Numbered from the stretch's first letter, positions 21,497 through 33,312 are shown. The stretch is 64,000 nucleotides of DNA from Gemmatimonadaceae bacterium (GCA_044224875.1 JBGAJQ010000009.1:54839-118838); one strand, 5' to 3'. Notes: generated by a model from the letters alone, not told the origin. A program made the numbers and translations.

Positions 21497-21500
<4 letters not shown>

Positions 21501-24500
21501 GCATGCGGCGCTTTCTGGTGGTGGCGAGGGACGAGTTCGCGATGAACATGCGCCGTCCCCTGACGTGGATCACGCTCATCCTGGTGGGCTTGATCATCTG
21601 GGGTATCAGCAACGGCAACGTATCGATCGTGATCGGTTCAGGGGACGCCAGTGTCGGCGGCAAGAAGGCGTTGCTCACTTCCGAGTTCGCGATCTCGCAG
21701 ATCTTTGCCACGCTCTCGTACATCTTCTACCTCTTCACCGTCTCGGCAGCGGCCGGGATCACCATCATTCGGGACGCCGAGGCCGGGGCGTTGGAGCTGT
21801 TGAACGCCACTCCCCTGACGCCGCGAGAGTACGCGTGGGGCAAGTTGGCCGGCGTGGTCGCGTCCTATGTCGCCATCCTGCTGTTGCAGCTGGTAGTGGC
21901 GATCCTGTTCCTGCAGTGGCTGCCGAACGCCGACATGCTGGAGACGCGCGGGGCGTTCGTGCTTGGCAACTACCTGCGTCCCACGCTGTTGTTCGGTGTG
22001 CCGATGGTCGTGTTCTCGGCAGGCGTGGCGTTTGGCATCGGGACCTCGACCCGACGTTCGATCCTCGTGTTCGTGCTCCCCGTGGCGCTGCTCATCCTGA
22101 GCGCGTTCTTCCTGTGGTCGTGGACGCCGACGTGGCTGCCCGACGTGTGGAACAAGGTACTGATGGCGGCCGACCCGGCCGGTGTCCGCTGGTTGCGTGA
22201 GACGTGGCTCAAGGTGGACCGCGGCGCCGAGTTCTACAACACGCAGCATCTGGGGTTGGACGCGGTGATCATCACCAATCGGTTCGCGATGATCGGCATT
22301 GGCGTGTTGAGCGCATGGCTCGGGGTCCGATCTTTCGCACGGACGGCGCGCGTGAGCCACCGGGTGGCGGCGACCGATGTCGCGACGGCGCTCAGTGCCA
22401 CGCCGTCGGCCGCGCCCGTGTTGCAACTGCGCCCCTTGAGTGACAGCACAGGTACGGCCATCCCGCGGGGATGGTGGAAGGGCGCCATGCAGGTGGCGCG
22501 AGCCGAGGCACGCGAGCTGCGCTCACAGGCCGGGTTGTACCTGTTCGTCCCAATGATCCTGTTGCAGATCCTCGGCAACTCACTGACGGCATTGGGAGCG
22601 TTCGATACACCGTTGCTGCTGGTTCCCGGCGACCTGGCCGTCGGCCAGATGCAAGCCATCGGCACGCTGGTGGCCCTGTTGCTGGTGTTCTATGGCGTTG
22701 AGAGTCTGGAGCGTGAGCGCGCCACGCGGTTGAGCAACATCCAGGACTCCATGCCATTGTCCAACCGTTCCATCGTGGTAGGAAAGGTTCTGGCGTTAGG
22801 TGTGGTGCTGGTGGTGATCCTGGCCGCGTGCCTCGTGGCCAGCATCATCGCCATTCTGGTACAGGGGAAGGTGCGCCTCTCCCTCACGCCGTTTGTGCTG
22901 GTCTGGGGATTCCTGTTGCTCCCCACGTACCTCGTCTGGACGGCGCTGGTCTTCGCCGCGTACGCGCTGACGCGCAATCGGTACACCACCTATGCCATAG
23001 CCTTGGCGGCGATGGGTGGGACGTTCTACCTGCTGGTGGTCGACAAGCTGACGTGGCTCACGAACTGGCCGTTGTGGGGGCTGCGATGGTCGGACATGAG
23101 CCTGTTCGAGTTCGATCGTACGGCCCTGGTCCTCAACCGTTTGGGAATGTTGGCCCTGGCGGCACTGCTCGCGCGTGTTGCCGTCTTGAACTACCCGCGC
23201 ATCGATCGCGACGCCACTCGGCAGGTTCACGCCATGACCCCGCGGGCGATCTATGGGGCCTTCCGGCGTTCGTGGGCGTTCGTGCTCGCGCCGGTGCTGC
23301 TCCTGGCACTCCTCGCGCGCCAGGTCAGCGAGGGACCGGACGGCGCACGGGCCAAGAAGGCCGCCACCGACTACTGGAAGAAGAACCTCGCGACCTGGAA
23401 GGACGTTCCCACCCCGTGGCTCAAGGACGCGGACCTCGAGGTGACGTTGAGCCCCGCGGAACGCTCGTGGACGGTGAAGGGGTCGTATCTCGTGGTCAAC
23501 CAGCTGCAACAGCCGCTGCGTGACCTCCCGGTCACCGTCGGCATGTGGCGGGACATGACGTTCACGCTCAATGGGGTAACCGCCCGACCCGATACGGCGT
23601 CGCATCTGTATGTCTTCACCCCAACACAGCCGCTCGCTCCCGGCGATTCGGTGCGACTCGGTTTCTCCTATGTTGGATCGGAGGTCGGGGCGCAGAAGGC
23701 CGTTGGTGGCGCCGGAACATTCGTCCTGCCGTCAGGCGTGGTGATGACCAACTTCGACCCGCGTTACTTCCCGTTCGTTGGGTATGTGGAGGGCATCGGG
23801 GCAGAAAAGGAGCGGGCGTACGAACCCAAGCAGTACGGACCCGACTGGTATGAAGGAGAGACGCCGTCGGCCTTTGGGGGCCAGCGTCCCATGACGGTGC
23901 GCATGCGCATCACCGCGCCCAAGGATATGACGGTCAATGCGGTCGGCGAACGAGTGAGCGATCAGGTGCATGGCAACACCCACACCGTGGAGTGGCGCAC
24001 GGACCATCCGGTGATGGCGTTCAACCTGATCGGCGGGCGCTACGCCGTGAAGACCGGGCCGGGCACCGCTCTCTACTACCACCCGGCCCACAGCTACAAC
24101 GTCGATGAGATGATCGACGCGATGAACCAGGTCCGCAAATACTATGGCGAGTGGTTCGGCCCGTTTCCATGGAAGGAACTGAAGATCAGCGAGTTCCCGG
24201 CGCTGTCCACATACGCCCAAGGCTTCCCGACCAACATCTCATTCTCGGAAAGCATCGGGTTCCTGACCAAGAGCGAACCCAAGACGAATCTCGCCTTCCT
24301 GGTCGTGGCCCATGAATCGGCGCACCAATGGTGGGGCAACATGGTGCAACCAGGGATCGGGCCAAGCGGCAACTTCTTGAGCGAGGGAATGGCGCACTTC
24401 TCCACGGCCCTCCTCATCGAGCAGGTGAAAGGAGAGCATAACGCCCTGGAGTTCCGGAAGCGGATCGAGTCACTGTACGGCGACCAGCGTCGATCGGACG

Positions 24501-25099
24501 CCGAACGGAAGATGTTCCGTGTGGACGGCAGCAAGGACGGAGACAACACCGTCTGGTACAACAAGGGTGGCTGGGTCTTCTGGATGCTCGCCGATCGCAT
24601 GGGGCGCGCCAACGCACTGCGCGGCATGCGTGAGTTCGTCGCGGCATACCAGGGGAATCCGGATCATCCCGTGCTTTACGACTTCGCGCACTTCCTGCGC
24701 GGTTATGCGCCAGACACCTCGGCGTACGACGACTTCATCAAGCAATGGATGGATTCTGTGGTGGTGCCGGAGTACCGCGTGCGCAACGTGACGACCGTAC
24801 GCGGAGCGGGCACCGATACCACATGGCTCACGACCGCGACCATCGAAAACGTTGGCTCCGGACGTATGCCGATCGATGTCGCCGTCACCCGTGGTGAGCG
24901 ATTTCCAGAGGACACGGTCAAGGCCAAGGCGTCGAAGAAACCGGCGTACGCCGCCGAGCTGGTCACAATGGTGCTAGACGCCAAGACCCCGCAGACCGTG
25001 ACGATTCACTCGCCGTTCAAGCCGGAGAAGGTGATCGTCGACCCGAACGTCCGCGTGTTGCAACTGCGACGTCAGAGTGCCGAGGCGAAGGTCAAATAG
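21497..25099 (+). CDS. ABC-2 permease (two repeats) fused to an M1-family aminopeptidase domain
   Basis: Two membrane repeats (VARDEF.. / VARAEAREL..), then VVAHESAHQWWG..FLSEGMA (HExxH-x18-E) and WYNKGGW. Confidence 0.88.
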
Positions 25100-25117
25100 G
25101 CGCGCGAATTGGAACAC

Positions 25118-26326
25118 TCAGGACGCTGACTGCGGCGGGCGTACGGCTTCCACCCCACCGGCGAGCCCACGATCGATGAAGGTCGCGATGCGCGCGTGGT
25201 CCCGCTCAGCGTCCGCTTCGCCCAGCTCCAACAACCGGTGGATGTAGTCGGTCTGGAACATGAGGACGGACAGGATCGAAGGGCTCGTCGACTTGCGGGT
25301 CCCGAGCCCGCGCGTGAAGAATCGGAAGACGCGTGGCAACCGCGGCTCATACGCCCGAGCCAGCACCCCCAGGTCGACCGACGGCCGCACCACCAGGATC
25401 TCGATCGGACGTAACCCCCGTCGTTGCTCGAGCGGGAGCTTGGAGACGAGGTCGTTGATCAGCTCCAGGCGAGCGACGTCCTGATCGATCACGTCCAGGA
25501 ACACCGCGTTGTAGAGAACACCCAGCACTTGTGCCGGTGGAGGATAGCCGACGATCTGCGGTTGCGCGGACTCGGCGCGTGTGTGGGCGTGACGTGTCGA
25601 GATGGTGAGCACACGGGACGCACCCAGGTGCAACGCCGGGGAGAGCGGGGCCGTCAGGCGGATACCGCCGTCGCCGTACCACTCCGCGCCGACGCGCTCG
25701 GCCGGAAAGAACATCGGCAGCGCCGCCGACGCCATCACGTGATCGACCGTCAGCTGCGCATGTACGCTCACGCGCTCCGGTCGCTCCCAGGTCGTGATAT
25801 CGCGACCTTGCACCCAGGTCGTCGAGCGGCCCGTGGTGTAGCTGGTGGCCGTGAGGGCGGCGGCGCGCAAGGAACCACGAGCCAGGTTGTAGTCGATTCC
25901 CGGCAGCGTGCCGTCGTCATTGCGTGTGAGGATGCGCTCCAGGAATCGTCGCAATGGCACCGTATCGACCATGCCGCGAACTCGATCTTCGGTCGCTGTG
26001 CCACCCGACACCAGTCCGTAGCCAGAGCGTACCACGTTGGAGATCAGGGCGCGCGCGTCCACCCGATATACGTCCTCAGGGGTGAGTGAGCGCCAGATGG
26101 CTACCAGGTCCTCAATCGACTCCTCAAATGTCCCTTTGTGTGCGGCCAGGTGGATGGTATTCAGGGCACCCGCCGAGACCCCGGCAAGGATAGGGATGCG
26201 CAAGTGCGGGTAGTGCCGGGCGATGTATCGAAGGATCCCGACCTGATACGCACCGCGGGCGCCGCCACCGCCGAGCACCAAGGCCAGGTCGGTCGTCACG
26301 GGGGTGGGTCGTAGGACAGGTTTCAT
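25118..26326 (-). CDS. Patatin-like phospholipase
   Basis: GGGGARG, GVSAG and DGG motifs. Confidence 0.92.
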   Translation of the reverse strand: MKPVLRPTPVTTDLALVLGGGGARGAYQVGILRYIARHYPHLRIPILAGVSAGALNTIHLAAHKGTFEESIEDLVAIWRSLTPEDVYRVDARALISNVVRSGYGLVSGGTATEDRVRGMVDTVPLRRFLERILTRNDDGTLPGIDYNLARGSLRAAALTATSYTTGRSTTWVQGRDITTWERPERVSVHAQLTVDHVMASAALPMFFPAERVGAEWYGDGGIRLTAPLSPALHLGASRVLTISTRHAHTRAESAQPQIVGYPPPAQVLGVLYNAVFLDVIDQDVARLELINDLVSKLPLEQRRGLRPIEILVVRPSVDLGVLARAYEPRLPRVFRFFTRGLGTRKSTSPSILSVLMFQTDYIHRLLELGEADAERDHARIATFIDRGLAGGVEAVRPPQSAS

Positions 26327-26427
26327 GACGCAGTTGAGGGAAGGCCTGCTGCAAGGTAGTCGTTACCCGGACGCAAGATGGAGCTTGGTCACCACCACAT
26401 TCCACCAACACGTTGCCCAGAGCCAAC

Positions 26428-27705
26428 ATGTCGGACACCCCAACTGATCGAGTCGCGCACCTGATTGCGCAGGCACGCGATCGTGGGATGATCTCCGACG
26501 CACAAGGTGAAGCGATCCTTGCGCTTCAGCTAGAACGCGGGCCGAACGACTCGGCGCGTGTGGAGGCTTCCCGTGGGTTCAACGTCGTCACCGTCGCGTA
26601 CGTGCTCGGGGCGATGCTAGTGGTGTTTGCCTTCGGGTGGGTGCTGATTGACCGGTGGCAGACACTGGGTGCGCCGGGGGTGATGATCGTGACCCTTGTG
26701 TACGTGGTGACATTGTGGGGGTGCGCGCGGTGGCTGGAAGGTCGCGGCTTTCGCCTGGCCGCGGGAACGGCGCGCATGCTGGCGGTGTCGCTGCTCCCCA
26801 TCGTGACGTGGGCGGCGCTCTCCATCGGCGGCGTGTGGCCCATCACCGATACGGGAGGCGATCCGTTTGCCACCGGCGATCGTGCTGCGGCGATCCGTTG
26901 GCTGTTGGTTGACCTGACGGCGCTGGTTGCGGCTGGTGTCGCACTACGCGCGTACCCCCATATGGCGATCACCATCCCCGTCACCGTCGCCTTGTGGGCG
27001 TTCTGCCTGCACCTGACGCGGTTGATCGGCGGACCCCGGATCTTCCCCCTCCTTGACCGATGGTTGCTGCTCACCGTTGGGCTGGCGGTGTGCGCGGTCG
27101 CCGGCGAGGCCGATCGTTGGCAGCGGAACGCGCGACGGACCGGCCGCACCATCGATGGCGACTTTGCCTTCTTCCCCTGGCTTGGCGGTTTGGCGGCGTT
27201 TGGCATTGCGTACGTTGCGATCTGGGTACGAGCTGACGGCGGGATGCACGTGCTCCCGGTCGTCGGCGTTTTCCTGATCGTGATGGCGCTAATCCTCAGG
27301 CGCCGCACACATCTCGTCTTTGGACTCCTGGCCGTCTTCGGCTATCTCGCCTATCTCGCGACCGAGGTCTTCCGTAACTACCTGTCGCTTCCGGTCATAC
27401 TCGGTACCACTGGACTGCTATTGATCCTGCTGACGGTCTGGGCCCAGCGTCGATTTCCTGGTGTGGTCGCGCGGGTGGACGGGGGACGCCAGCACCTCGT
27501 CCTTCCGCCGATGGTGACTCGCGGGCCGTTTCTCCTTTCGCTGGGTATCTCGCTGCTGACATTGCCCGAGGCCGCCGAGGACCGAACACAGGCGGAGTTC
27601 CGGCGAGAGTTCTGGAAGCTGAGGCGCCACAATGACTCACTCCGTGCGGCGCAGCTGCCGGCGGACAGCGTACGCGGCGCGTCCAAACCCCCAAGGAACC
27701 CCTAG
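26428..27705 (+). CDS. Multi-pass membrane protein (DUF2157-like)
   Basis: GMISDAQGEAI N-terminal motif, FNVVTVAYVLGAMLV, many TM segments. Confidence 0.65.
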   Translation: MSDTPTDRVAHLIAQARDRGMISDAQGEAILALQLERGPNDSARVEASRGFNVVTVAYVLGAMLVVFAFGWVLIDRWQTLGAPGVMIVTLVYVVTLWGCARWLEGRGFRLAAGTARMLAVSLLPIVTWAALSIGGVWPITDTGGDPFATGDRAAAIRWLLVDLTALVAAGVALRAYPHMAITIPVTVALWAFCLHLTRLIGGPRIFPLLDRWLLLTVGLAVCAVAGEADRWQRNARRTGRTIDGDFAFFPWLGGLAAFGIAYVAIWVRADGGMHVLPVVGVFLIVMALILRRRTHLVFGLLAVFGYLAYLATEVFRNYLSLPVILGTTGLLLILLTVWAQRRFPGVVARVDGGRQHLVLPPMVTRGPFLLSLGISLLTLPEAAEDRTQAEFRREFWKLRRHNDSLRAAQLPADSVRGASKPPRNP

Positions 27706-27818
27706 GGTTTGGCGCTCGGGGCCGGGTGCCTCCCGGTTCGACCCACCCTAATCCGGAAGGAAACCTTCACCACGCTCCGACGTAGGTAAGCACCACGCTT
27801 TCGCCCGGGTTCTTGCCT

Positions 27819-30299
27819 ATGCTTGCCGCCGCTGTCCTCCTGGTCCTGCAGAGTGTCTCGGTTCGAGTTGGCGACGGCCAAAAGGGTGGGACCAAGCCAG
27901 GGACCGAAATGGAGCAGCTGGACTCGATTGCGGAGCGAATTGGCAATCGTGCGAGGAGTCGCCTTCGCAACGACACGACGGTCCGGCGCGTCGTGCGGCG
28001 CACCGTGACCCCAGAACTTGCCGCCAGCGCGTTCTTGGACACGTCTGCGCGCTCGCTGTTGCTGAGGGCGCGGGAGGCGCGGCTCAAGCAGGACACGACG
28101 CTGCTTTCGTACGACGCCAACGCCTATCAGCGTCTTTCGGTCGGCATGGGGTTCCGTGCGTTCGGCAAGGAGCGACTCCTGCTCCGAACCGAGAACGCAT
28201 CGCGCGTGCGATGGTCTCGGCGGGCGGGCGCTTACGTCGACCTGAAGGGGCGCAGGACGGTATTCCCGATGATCGAAGGGGCGGATGGCGAGGCGGACAT
28301 GGACGACATCTCGCCCGTTCCGTACTACCCCGGACGCGAAGCCCTGTGGGTCGGGTCGGGGGTGGCGAAGTCGGAGGTGGACGAGCGCGAGCTGGTGCAC
28401 CCGCTCGCGTTAGGCGCCGAGGCCTACTATCGCTACGCCTCGGGCGACTCCATCCGTTATACGCTTCCTGACGGCAAGATCATCCGGTTAGCCGAGCTGC
28501 GCATCGAGCCACGGAGCCCGGAGTGGAAGCTGTCGGTTGGGTCGTTCTGGTTTGACGTCTCCACGGCGCAGTTAGTGCGTGCCGCGTACCGTCTGGCGGT
28601 TCCGATGGACATCTGGGCGGTGGCCGATGAGGAGATCAAGCGCGACAAGGAGGAATCCAAGGCGCGCGGCGAGAAGCCGGATCCGGACGACGACATTCCC
28701 GGCTGGGTGAAGGGCTTCATGTCGCCGATGCAGGCGCACCTCGAAGGAGTGACGATCGAGTACGGGCTCTACGGGGGGCGATTCTGGTTGCCCCGTACAC
28801 AGTACGCGGAAGGTTGGGCCCGCGCATCGTTCATGCGTATTCCATTCAAGATCGAAGAAAGCTTCAAGTACGCCGACGTGAATGGCGTGGACACGCTGCC
28901 GCCGGTGCCCCAGTCGCGGGGTTCGCTGATGGATTCGCTGTTCGAGAAAGACTACGCGCGGTGGCGGAACCTGACGCCGGAAGAGCGGCGAGAACGCGCC
29001 AAGGTCTACGCGGCCGCGGACTCCGTTCGTCAGGCGCAACAGCAGGCAAGCCGCAAGGAGTCATGTGGGGATGCAGCTGGCGCGCGACCGCTCGCCACCT
29101 GGTCGCGGCGAGAGACGCGAGGGGAGGGCGCGCTGTCGGTCATGGTGCGCATCCCCTGCGACACCACACTGCTGGTGAACTCGAAGGATCTCCCCGCCTC
29201 CATCTACGATCCGGGTGAGGAGCTCTTTGGGCAGGCGGATCGCGACGAACTCATGAAGTCGCTCGACTTCTCGCTGCAACCAGGGTGGGCGCCGCAGCGA
29301 CCGGTGGTCACGTATGGACTCTCCCTCACGAGATACAATCGCGTCGAGGGGCTGTCATCCGGAATTGGCGCAACCATGCAGCTGGGGAAGGGATACTCGC
29401 TCGATGCCTTGGCGCGACTGGGTACGGGAGACCTGGTGCCTAACGCCGAATTGGGTGTGGCGCGGAGCAATGGCAGGATCAACTGGCGCGCCGGTGCGTA
29501 CCAACGTCTCGCCGTGGCCAGCGACTGGGGTGCCCCGCTCTCGTTTGGCAGCGGGCTCGCCGCCCTGCTCTACGGGCGTGACGACGGCTTCTACTACCGT
29601 TCGCTCGGCGTGGAATTGGAGCGGTCGGCGCTGCGGGGAACCGGGTCGTCGCTCCGGTTGTTTGCCGAGCGACAGCGCACCGCTACCCCAACGACCACCT
29701 TCAACGTCTCGAACTCGTTAGGGGCGTCCACGGAATTCGGGTCGAACATCGTGGCCGAGAAAGGAACCGCCATGGGGGTTGGCGTACATGACGTTCGTAA
29801 CGCCGGACTCGATCCAGCGGGATGGCGGCTCTTCTCCGACGTGCGGCTCGAGGGTGGGTGGTTCGTCCCGAACGATTCGTCGGGTCGCGGGTTCGGCCGA
29901 GCGGCCACGGACATCACCGTGTCGCACGGGTTCATTGGCAGCTCGCTGGTCGGTGTGACCGTTGGCGCGGGCCTCGCCGACAACGTGCCGTCGCAGCGTG
30001 AGTTCATTCTTGGCGGCACACATACCGTGCGCGGCCAGCTCGCGGGTACCGAACGCGGCAACGCATACTGGCTGGCTCGAGCCGAACTCGCTCCAACGAA
30101 AGGTGGAGTACGTCCCGTGCTGTTTGGCGACCTGGGATGGGCCGGCGATCGCTCGAACTTCGCGCATCCTGGTCGGCCAATGAGTGGTGCGGGAATCGGC
30201 GCGTCGTTCCTGGACGGTCTCATCCGTACTGACTTGGCGCGCGGCATATATCCGCGAAAGAAATTCCGGTTTGATGTCTATCTGGAGGCGCGCTTCTAG
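27819..30299 (+). CDS. Hypothetical outer-membrane protein with BamA/TamA-like C-terminal barrel
   Basis: Signal peptide, RYNRVEGL, LGGTHTVRG, GAGIGASFLDG, terminal YLEARF aromatic beta-signal. Confidence 0.65.
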   Translation: MLAAAVLLVLQSVSVRVGDGQKGGTKPGTEMEQLDSIAERIGNRARSRLRNDTTVRRVVRRTVTPELAASAFLDTSARSLLLRAREARLKQDTTLLSYDANAYQRLSVGMGFRAFGKERLLLRTENASRVRWSRRAGAYVDLKGRRTVFPMIEGADGEADMDDISPVPYYPGREALWVGSGVAKSEVDERELVHPLALGAEAYYRYASGDSIRYTLPDGKIIRLAELRIEPRSPEWKLSVGSFWFDVSTAQLVRAAYRLAVPMDIWAVADEEIKRDKEESKARGEKPDPDDDIPGWVKGFMSPMQAHLEGVTIEYGLYGGRFWLPRTQYAEGWARASFMRIPFKIEESFKYADVNGVDTLPPVPQSRGSLMDSLFEKDYARWRNLTPEERRERAKVYAAADSVRQAQQQASRKESCGDAAGARPLATWSRRETRGEGALSVMVRIPCDTTLLVNSKDLPASIYDPGEELFGQADRDELMKSLDFSLQPGWAPQRPVVTYGLSLTRYNRVEGLSSGIGATMQLGKGYSLDALARLGTGDLVPNAELGVARSNGRINWRAGAYQRLAVASDWGAPLSFGSGLAALLYGRDDGFYYRSLGVELERSALRGTGSSLRLFAERQRTATPTTTFNVSNSLGASTEFGSNIVAEKGTAMGVGVHDVRNAGLDPAGWRLFSDVRLEGGWFVPNDSSGRGFGRAATDITVSHGFIGSSLVGVTVGAGLADNVPSQREFILGGTHTVRGQLAGTERGNAYWLARAELAPTKGGVRPVLFGDLGWAGDRSNFAHPGRPMSGAGIGASFLDGLIRTDLARGIYPRKKFRFDVYLEARF

Positions 30300-30554
30300 C
30301 GAGCGAGGTTGCGAACCGTTCAACCTGTCGTTCCGAATACACTGACGTCGGGCTCAGGAATGCTTTCGCACAGCTTACTGCGAGTGCGGAGAGTTGTTGG
30401 TGCTGGCCGGTCATCGATGGTACGGTCGAATGGGCGGTAGTTCGCGACCGGAACGTGCAATCGATTGCGCTGCTGACTGGAGGCGACCCTTACGCGCGTG
30501 GGTTGGAGGTTGCACATTTTTCGCACCCCAAAACCCTAAGTGCGGAGGACGATC

Positions 30555-30938
30555 GTGCTGAGTGATTTCAAGGCGTTCCTGATGAAGGCCAACGTGGTGG
30601 GGTTGTCCCTGGCCGTTATCGTCGGCGGCGCGGCCGGTGCATTAGTCACGGCGATGACGAACGACTTCATCATGCCGATCGTCGGCGCAGTGACGCCAGA
30701 CGGTGATTGGCGGAAGTGGACCTTGGATGTCGGATCGCTGAAGTTCGGCGTTGGGGATTTTGCCGGCGTGTTCCTGAACTTCGCCATCGTGAGTTTTGTG
30801 GCGTGGCAAATCGGCAAGATCTTCATCAAGCCCGAACCGCCAGCTCCACCGCCGCCGCCCACCAAGGCGTGCCCCTATTGCAAGATGACGATCGATGCCG
30901 CGGCCACGCGCTGCGGACATTGCACCAGTCAGTTGTAG
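30555..30938 (+). CDS. mscL: Large-conductance mechanosensitive channel with C-terminal Cys4 tail
   Basis: FKAFLMKANVVGLSLAVIVGGA, NDFIMPIVG, GDF..LNFAIV. Tail CPYC-x10-CGHC. GGAGG RBS before GTG 30555. Confidence 0.9.
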   Translation: MLSDFKAFLMKANVVGLSLAVIVGGAAGALVTAMTNDFIMPIVGAVTPDGDWRKWTLDVGSLKFGVGDFAGVFLNFAIVSFVAWQIGKIFIKPEPPAPPPPPTKACPYCKMTIDAAATRCGHCTSQL

Positions 30939-30959
30939 TCGGTGTCACCATGAAGGCCC

Positions 30960-30992
30960 GGGCCTCGCCAATCGGCGAGGCCCTTTTTCTTT
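30960..30992 (+). terminator. Rho-independent terminator after mscL
   Basis: GGGCCTCGCC-AATC-GGCGAGGCCC followed by TTTTTCTTT. Confidence 0.85.
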
Positions 30993-31015
30993 GCTCGCAT
31001 GACCTGGTGCGCCGA

Positions 31016-32380
31016 TCAGCGCTCGGTATTCGTCGGGATGGATCGGCGTGTCACGCGTGTGATCGCATACAGAACCGAACCAGCCACCACCATCGCGGCC
31101 ACGGCCAGTAGTTCGTCGCGTTGCGTGGCAAACAACAGTGCGATCATGACGAGTGACGCCACGACGGGAATCGCCGTGCCGAACGGCAGCACAAAAGGCG
31201 TGCCCATCAACTGGACCCCGCGGCGTCGCAGCTGAATGGTGGCCAGCGTGCAGACGAGATAGACCACGAGGGTGGAAACGGACGACACGATGGCCAACCA
31301 CTCGAACGACCTCGTCAGCACCAACGCCGCCACCAGGGCGGCGTGCAGCCAGATGGCGACGTGTGGTGTGTGATGGGTGGCGTGAACGCGGGCCACGGAT
31401 TTCGGGAGGAAGCCGTCCCTCGCCATGGCATACAGGATCCGCGGTGCCGAGAGCAGCTCGCCAAGCAGGTACGACAATGGCGCCACGATCATCGCGAACA
31501 GCACCAGCTGCCGCCCGACCCCACCAATACGGCTGGCGGCCATGTCGGCGATCGGCGCGGCGCGTTGCTGCGCCAGCTGGTCGCCCAGGACACCCTGCGC
31601 AACGACATGTGTCGCCAGGTAGAGGAAGGTGACGATCCCCAGCGCGAGCATCACCGCGCGAGGCACCGAACGGGTGGGATCCGCGACCTCTCCGCTGGCC
31701 AGCAACGCATTCTCGATGCCGGCAAAGAGGAAGATCACCAGGAAGATGGAGTGCCCAAAGGTCGCCGTTCCCGGCCATTGCCCAACCGTCAGGTTCGACC
31801 ATGCAATTCCGCCTACGCCGGTCACGAGGATCACGGCCAATGGCGCCAGCTTCACGATCGTGACCCCTTCCACCAGTCGTGCCGATCGCCGCACGCCGCG
31901 CACGTTCAGCGCGGCCATCACGGCAAGAATCAGGATCACCAGCAGCGCGTGGGGCACCGGTTCGTTCACGACGGGTGCCAGGTCGCTCAATCCGCGAAAC
32001 AGCAGCTGCATCACGGAGGCCGCACCCAGCGCCAAGCCGCCGGCGTACAGCAGCCAGCCCAACAGGAAGGCGGCGAACGGCCCGAAGACCTGCTCCACCC
32101 ATGCATACGACCCGCCGGAGGACGGCACACGGCTACCCGCCTCGGCAAAGCATAGCACCACAAGCGTCATGAGGGCGGCGCACGCCAGGTACGACACAAT
32201 CGCCCAGCGCCCCACCTCGGCGGCGATCAACGCCGGCACCACATACACGGTGGTGCCGATCGTCAGGTTCACCGCATTGAACGTCAGCGCGCGCGCATCG
32301 ATCGCGCGGATCAGTGCGCCCCGCTCGCCGCTCGCCGAGGACTCGGTTGGTGCGTTCAGACGCTGATCTCGCCCGTGCAC
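31016..32380 (-). CDS. APC family amino-acid permease
   Basis: CFAEAGSRVPSSGGSY, SGEVADPTRSVPRA, PRILYAMARDGFLP. Start position uncertain. Confidence 0.9.
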   Translation of the reverse strand: MHGRDQRLNAPTESSASGERGALIRAIDARALTFNAVNLTIGTTVYVVPALIAAEVGRWAIVSYLACAALMTLVVLCFAEAGSRVPSSGGSYAWVEQVFGPFAAFLLGWLLYAGGLALGAASVMQLLFRGLSDLAPVVNEPVPHALLVILILAVMAALNVRGVRRSARLVEGVTIVKLAPLAVILVTGVGGIAWSNLTVGQWPGTATFGHSIFLVIFLFAGIENALLASGEVADPTRSVPRAVMLALGIVTFLYLATHVVAQGVLGDQLAQQRAAPIADMAASRIGGVGRQLVLFAMIVAPLSYLLGELLSAPRILYAMARDGFLPKSVARVHATHHTPHVAIWLHAALVAALVLTRSFEWLAIVSSVSTLVVYLVCTLATIQLRRRGVQLMGTPFVLPFGTAIPVVASLVMIALLFATQRDELLAVAAMVVAGSVLYAITRVTRRSIPTNTER

Positions 32381-33267
32381 ACCATTACGGTGGAGCCACC
32401 CACTCGCACTCCGGTAATGGCGCCGTCCTTCTTGTCTGTCTCCACATGCAGGATGCTGGGACGTCCCATTTCAAAGCCCTGTTCCACCACCCAGCGCAGC
32501 GTTCCCGTGGCCGTGTCTGACCGCATGCCCAGGTAGCCACCTAACGCGGCACAGGCGGATCCCGTGGCCGGATCCTCGATCACATTCACACTGGGTCCGA
32601 ACATCCGCGCCCGTACATCGGAACCCGGGCGTTCACCGTCCAACGCCATCAGGAAGATCATGTCGCCGTCCTTGCCGGCCAGGTACTTCTCCCAAGGATC
32701 CAGACGCAGTCGTGCACGGCGAACGGCGTCCCGGTTGCGGAGCGTCACGATCGTGAACGGCAGTCCGCAGGACACCAGCTGCGGGTGGTATTTGCCTTCC
32801 AGCACGTCGTCGGCGGCGAGCGACAGCATTTCAGCGAACGCGTGACGGTCCGGCGACGGCGGGCCGATCTCTGGCAGCTTGGCGACCGACAGTTGCGCGA
32901 AGACCGGCTGACCATGCTCCGAACGAATCTTCACCTGCACAGGTCCAACGCCCTCCTCGAGGACGATGCGCGTCTCGTCGCCTGTGAGCGGGATCTCTCC
33001 AATGGCCGCCAACGCGTGAGCCGTACCGACCGTCGGATGACCGGCGAACGGCACCTCGCCACCGGGAGTGAAGATGCGGACCCGTCGCGTGTTGGCCGGC
33101 GACTCCGGAGGCAACACGAAAGTGGACTCACTGTAGTTGAACTCTCGCGTGATGTTGAGCATCTGCTCGCTGGAGAGTCCGCGTGCATCCGGAAGCACGG
33201 CGAGTTGATTCCCGCCGAATCGCTCGTTGGCGAAGACGTCGCAGGTGTAGTAGCGATAGGTGGTCAT
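32356..33267 (-). CDS. PhzF family isomerase/epimerase
   Basis: DVFANERFGGNQLAV, NYSESTF, IFTPGGEVPFAGHPT, EDPATGSA, EQGFEMGRPS. Confidence 0.93.
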   Translation of the reverse strand: MTTYRYYTCDVFANERFGGNQLAVLPDARGLSSEQMLNITREFNYSESTFVLPPESPANTRRVRIFTPGGEVPFAGHPTVGTAHALAAIGEIPLTGDETRIVLEEGVGPVQVKIRSEHGQPVFAQLSVAKLPEIGPPSPDRHAFAEMLSLAADDVLEGKYHPQLVSCGLPFTIVTLRNRDAVRRARLRLDPWEKYLAGKDGDMIFLMALDGERPGSDVRARMFGPSVNVIEDPATGSACAALGGYLGMRSDTATGTLRWVVEQGFEMGRPSILHVETDKKDGAITGVRVGGSTVMVCTGEISV

Positions 33268-33312
33268 GGCGAGGGAGTCTGTGGTGCCGCAATCTGCTCC
33301 GCAATGTCACCC

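Noticed and set aside
30300..30540. Long-range complement GGTTGCGAAC / GTTCGCGACC upstream of mscL as an ncRNA
   Set aside because: A single imperfect 10-bp match with no recognisable family features.
32356..33267. Phenazine biosynthesis cluster
   Set aside because: Only a lone PhzF-family gene. No phzA/B/D/E/G.
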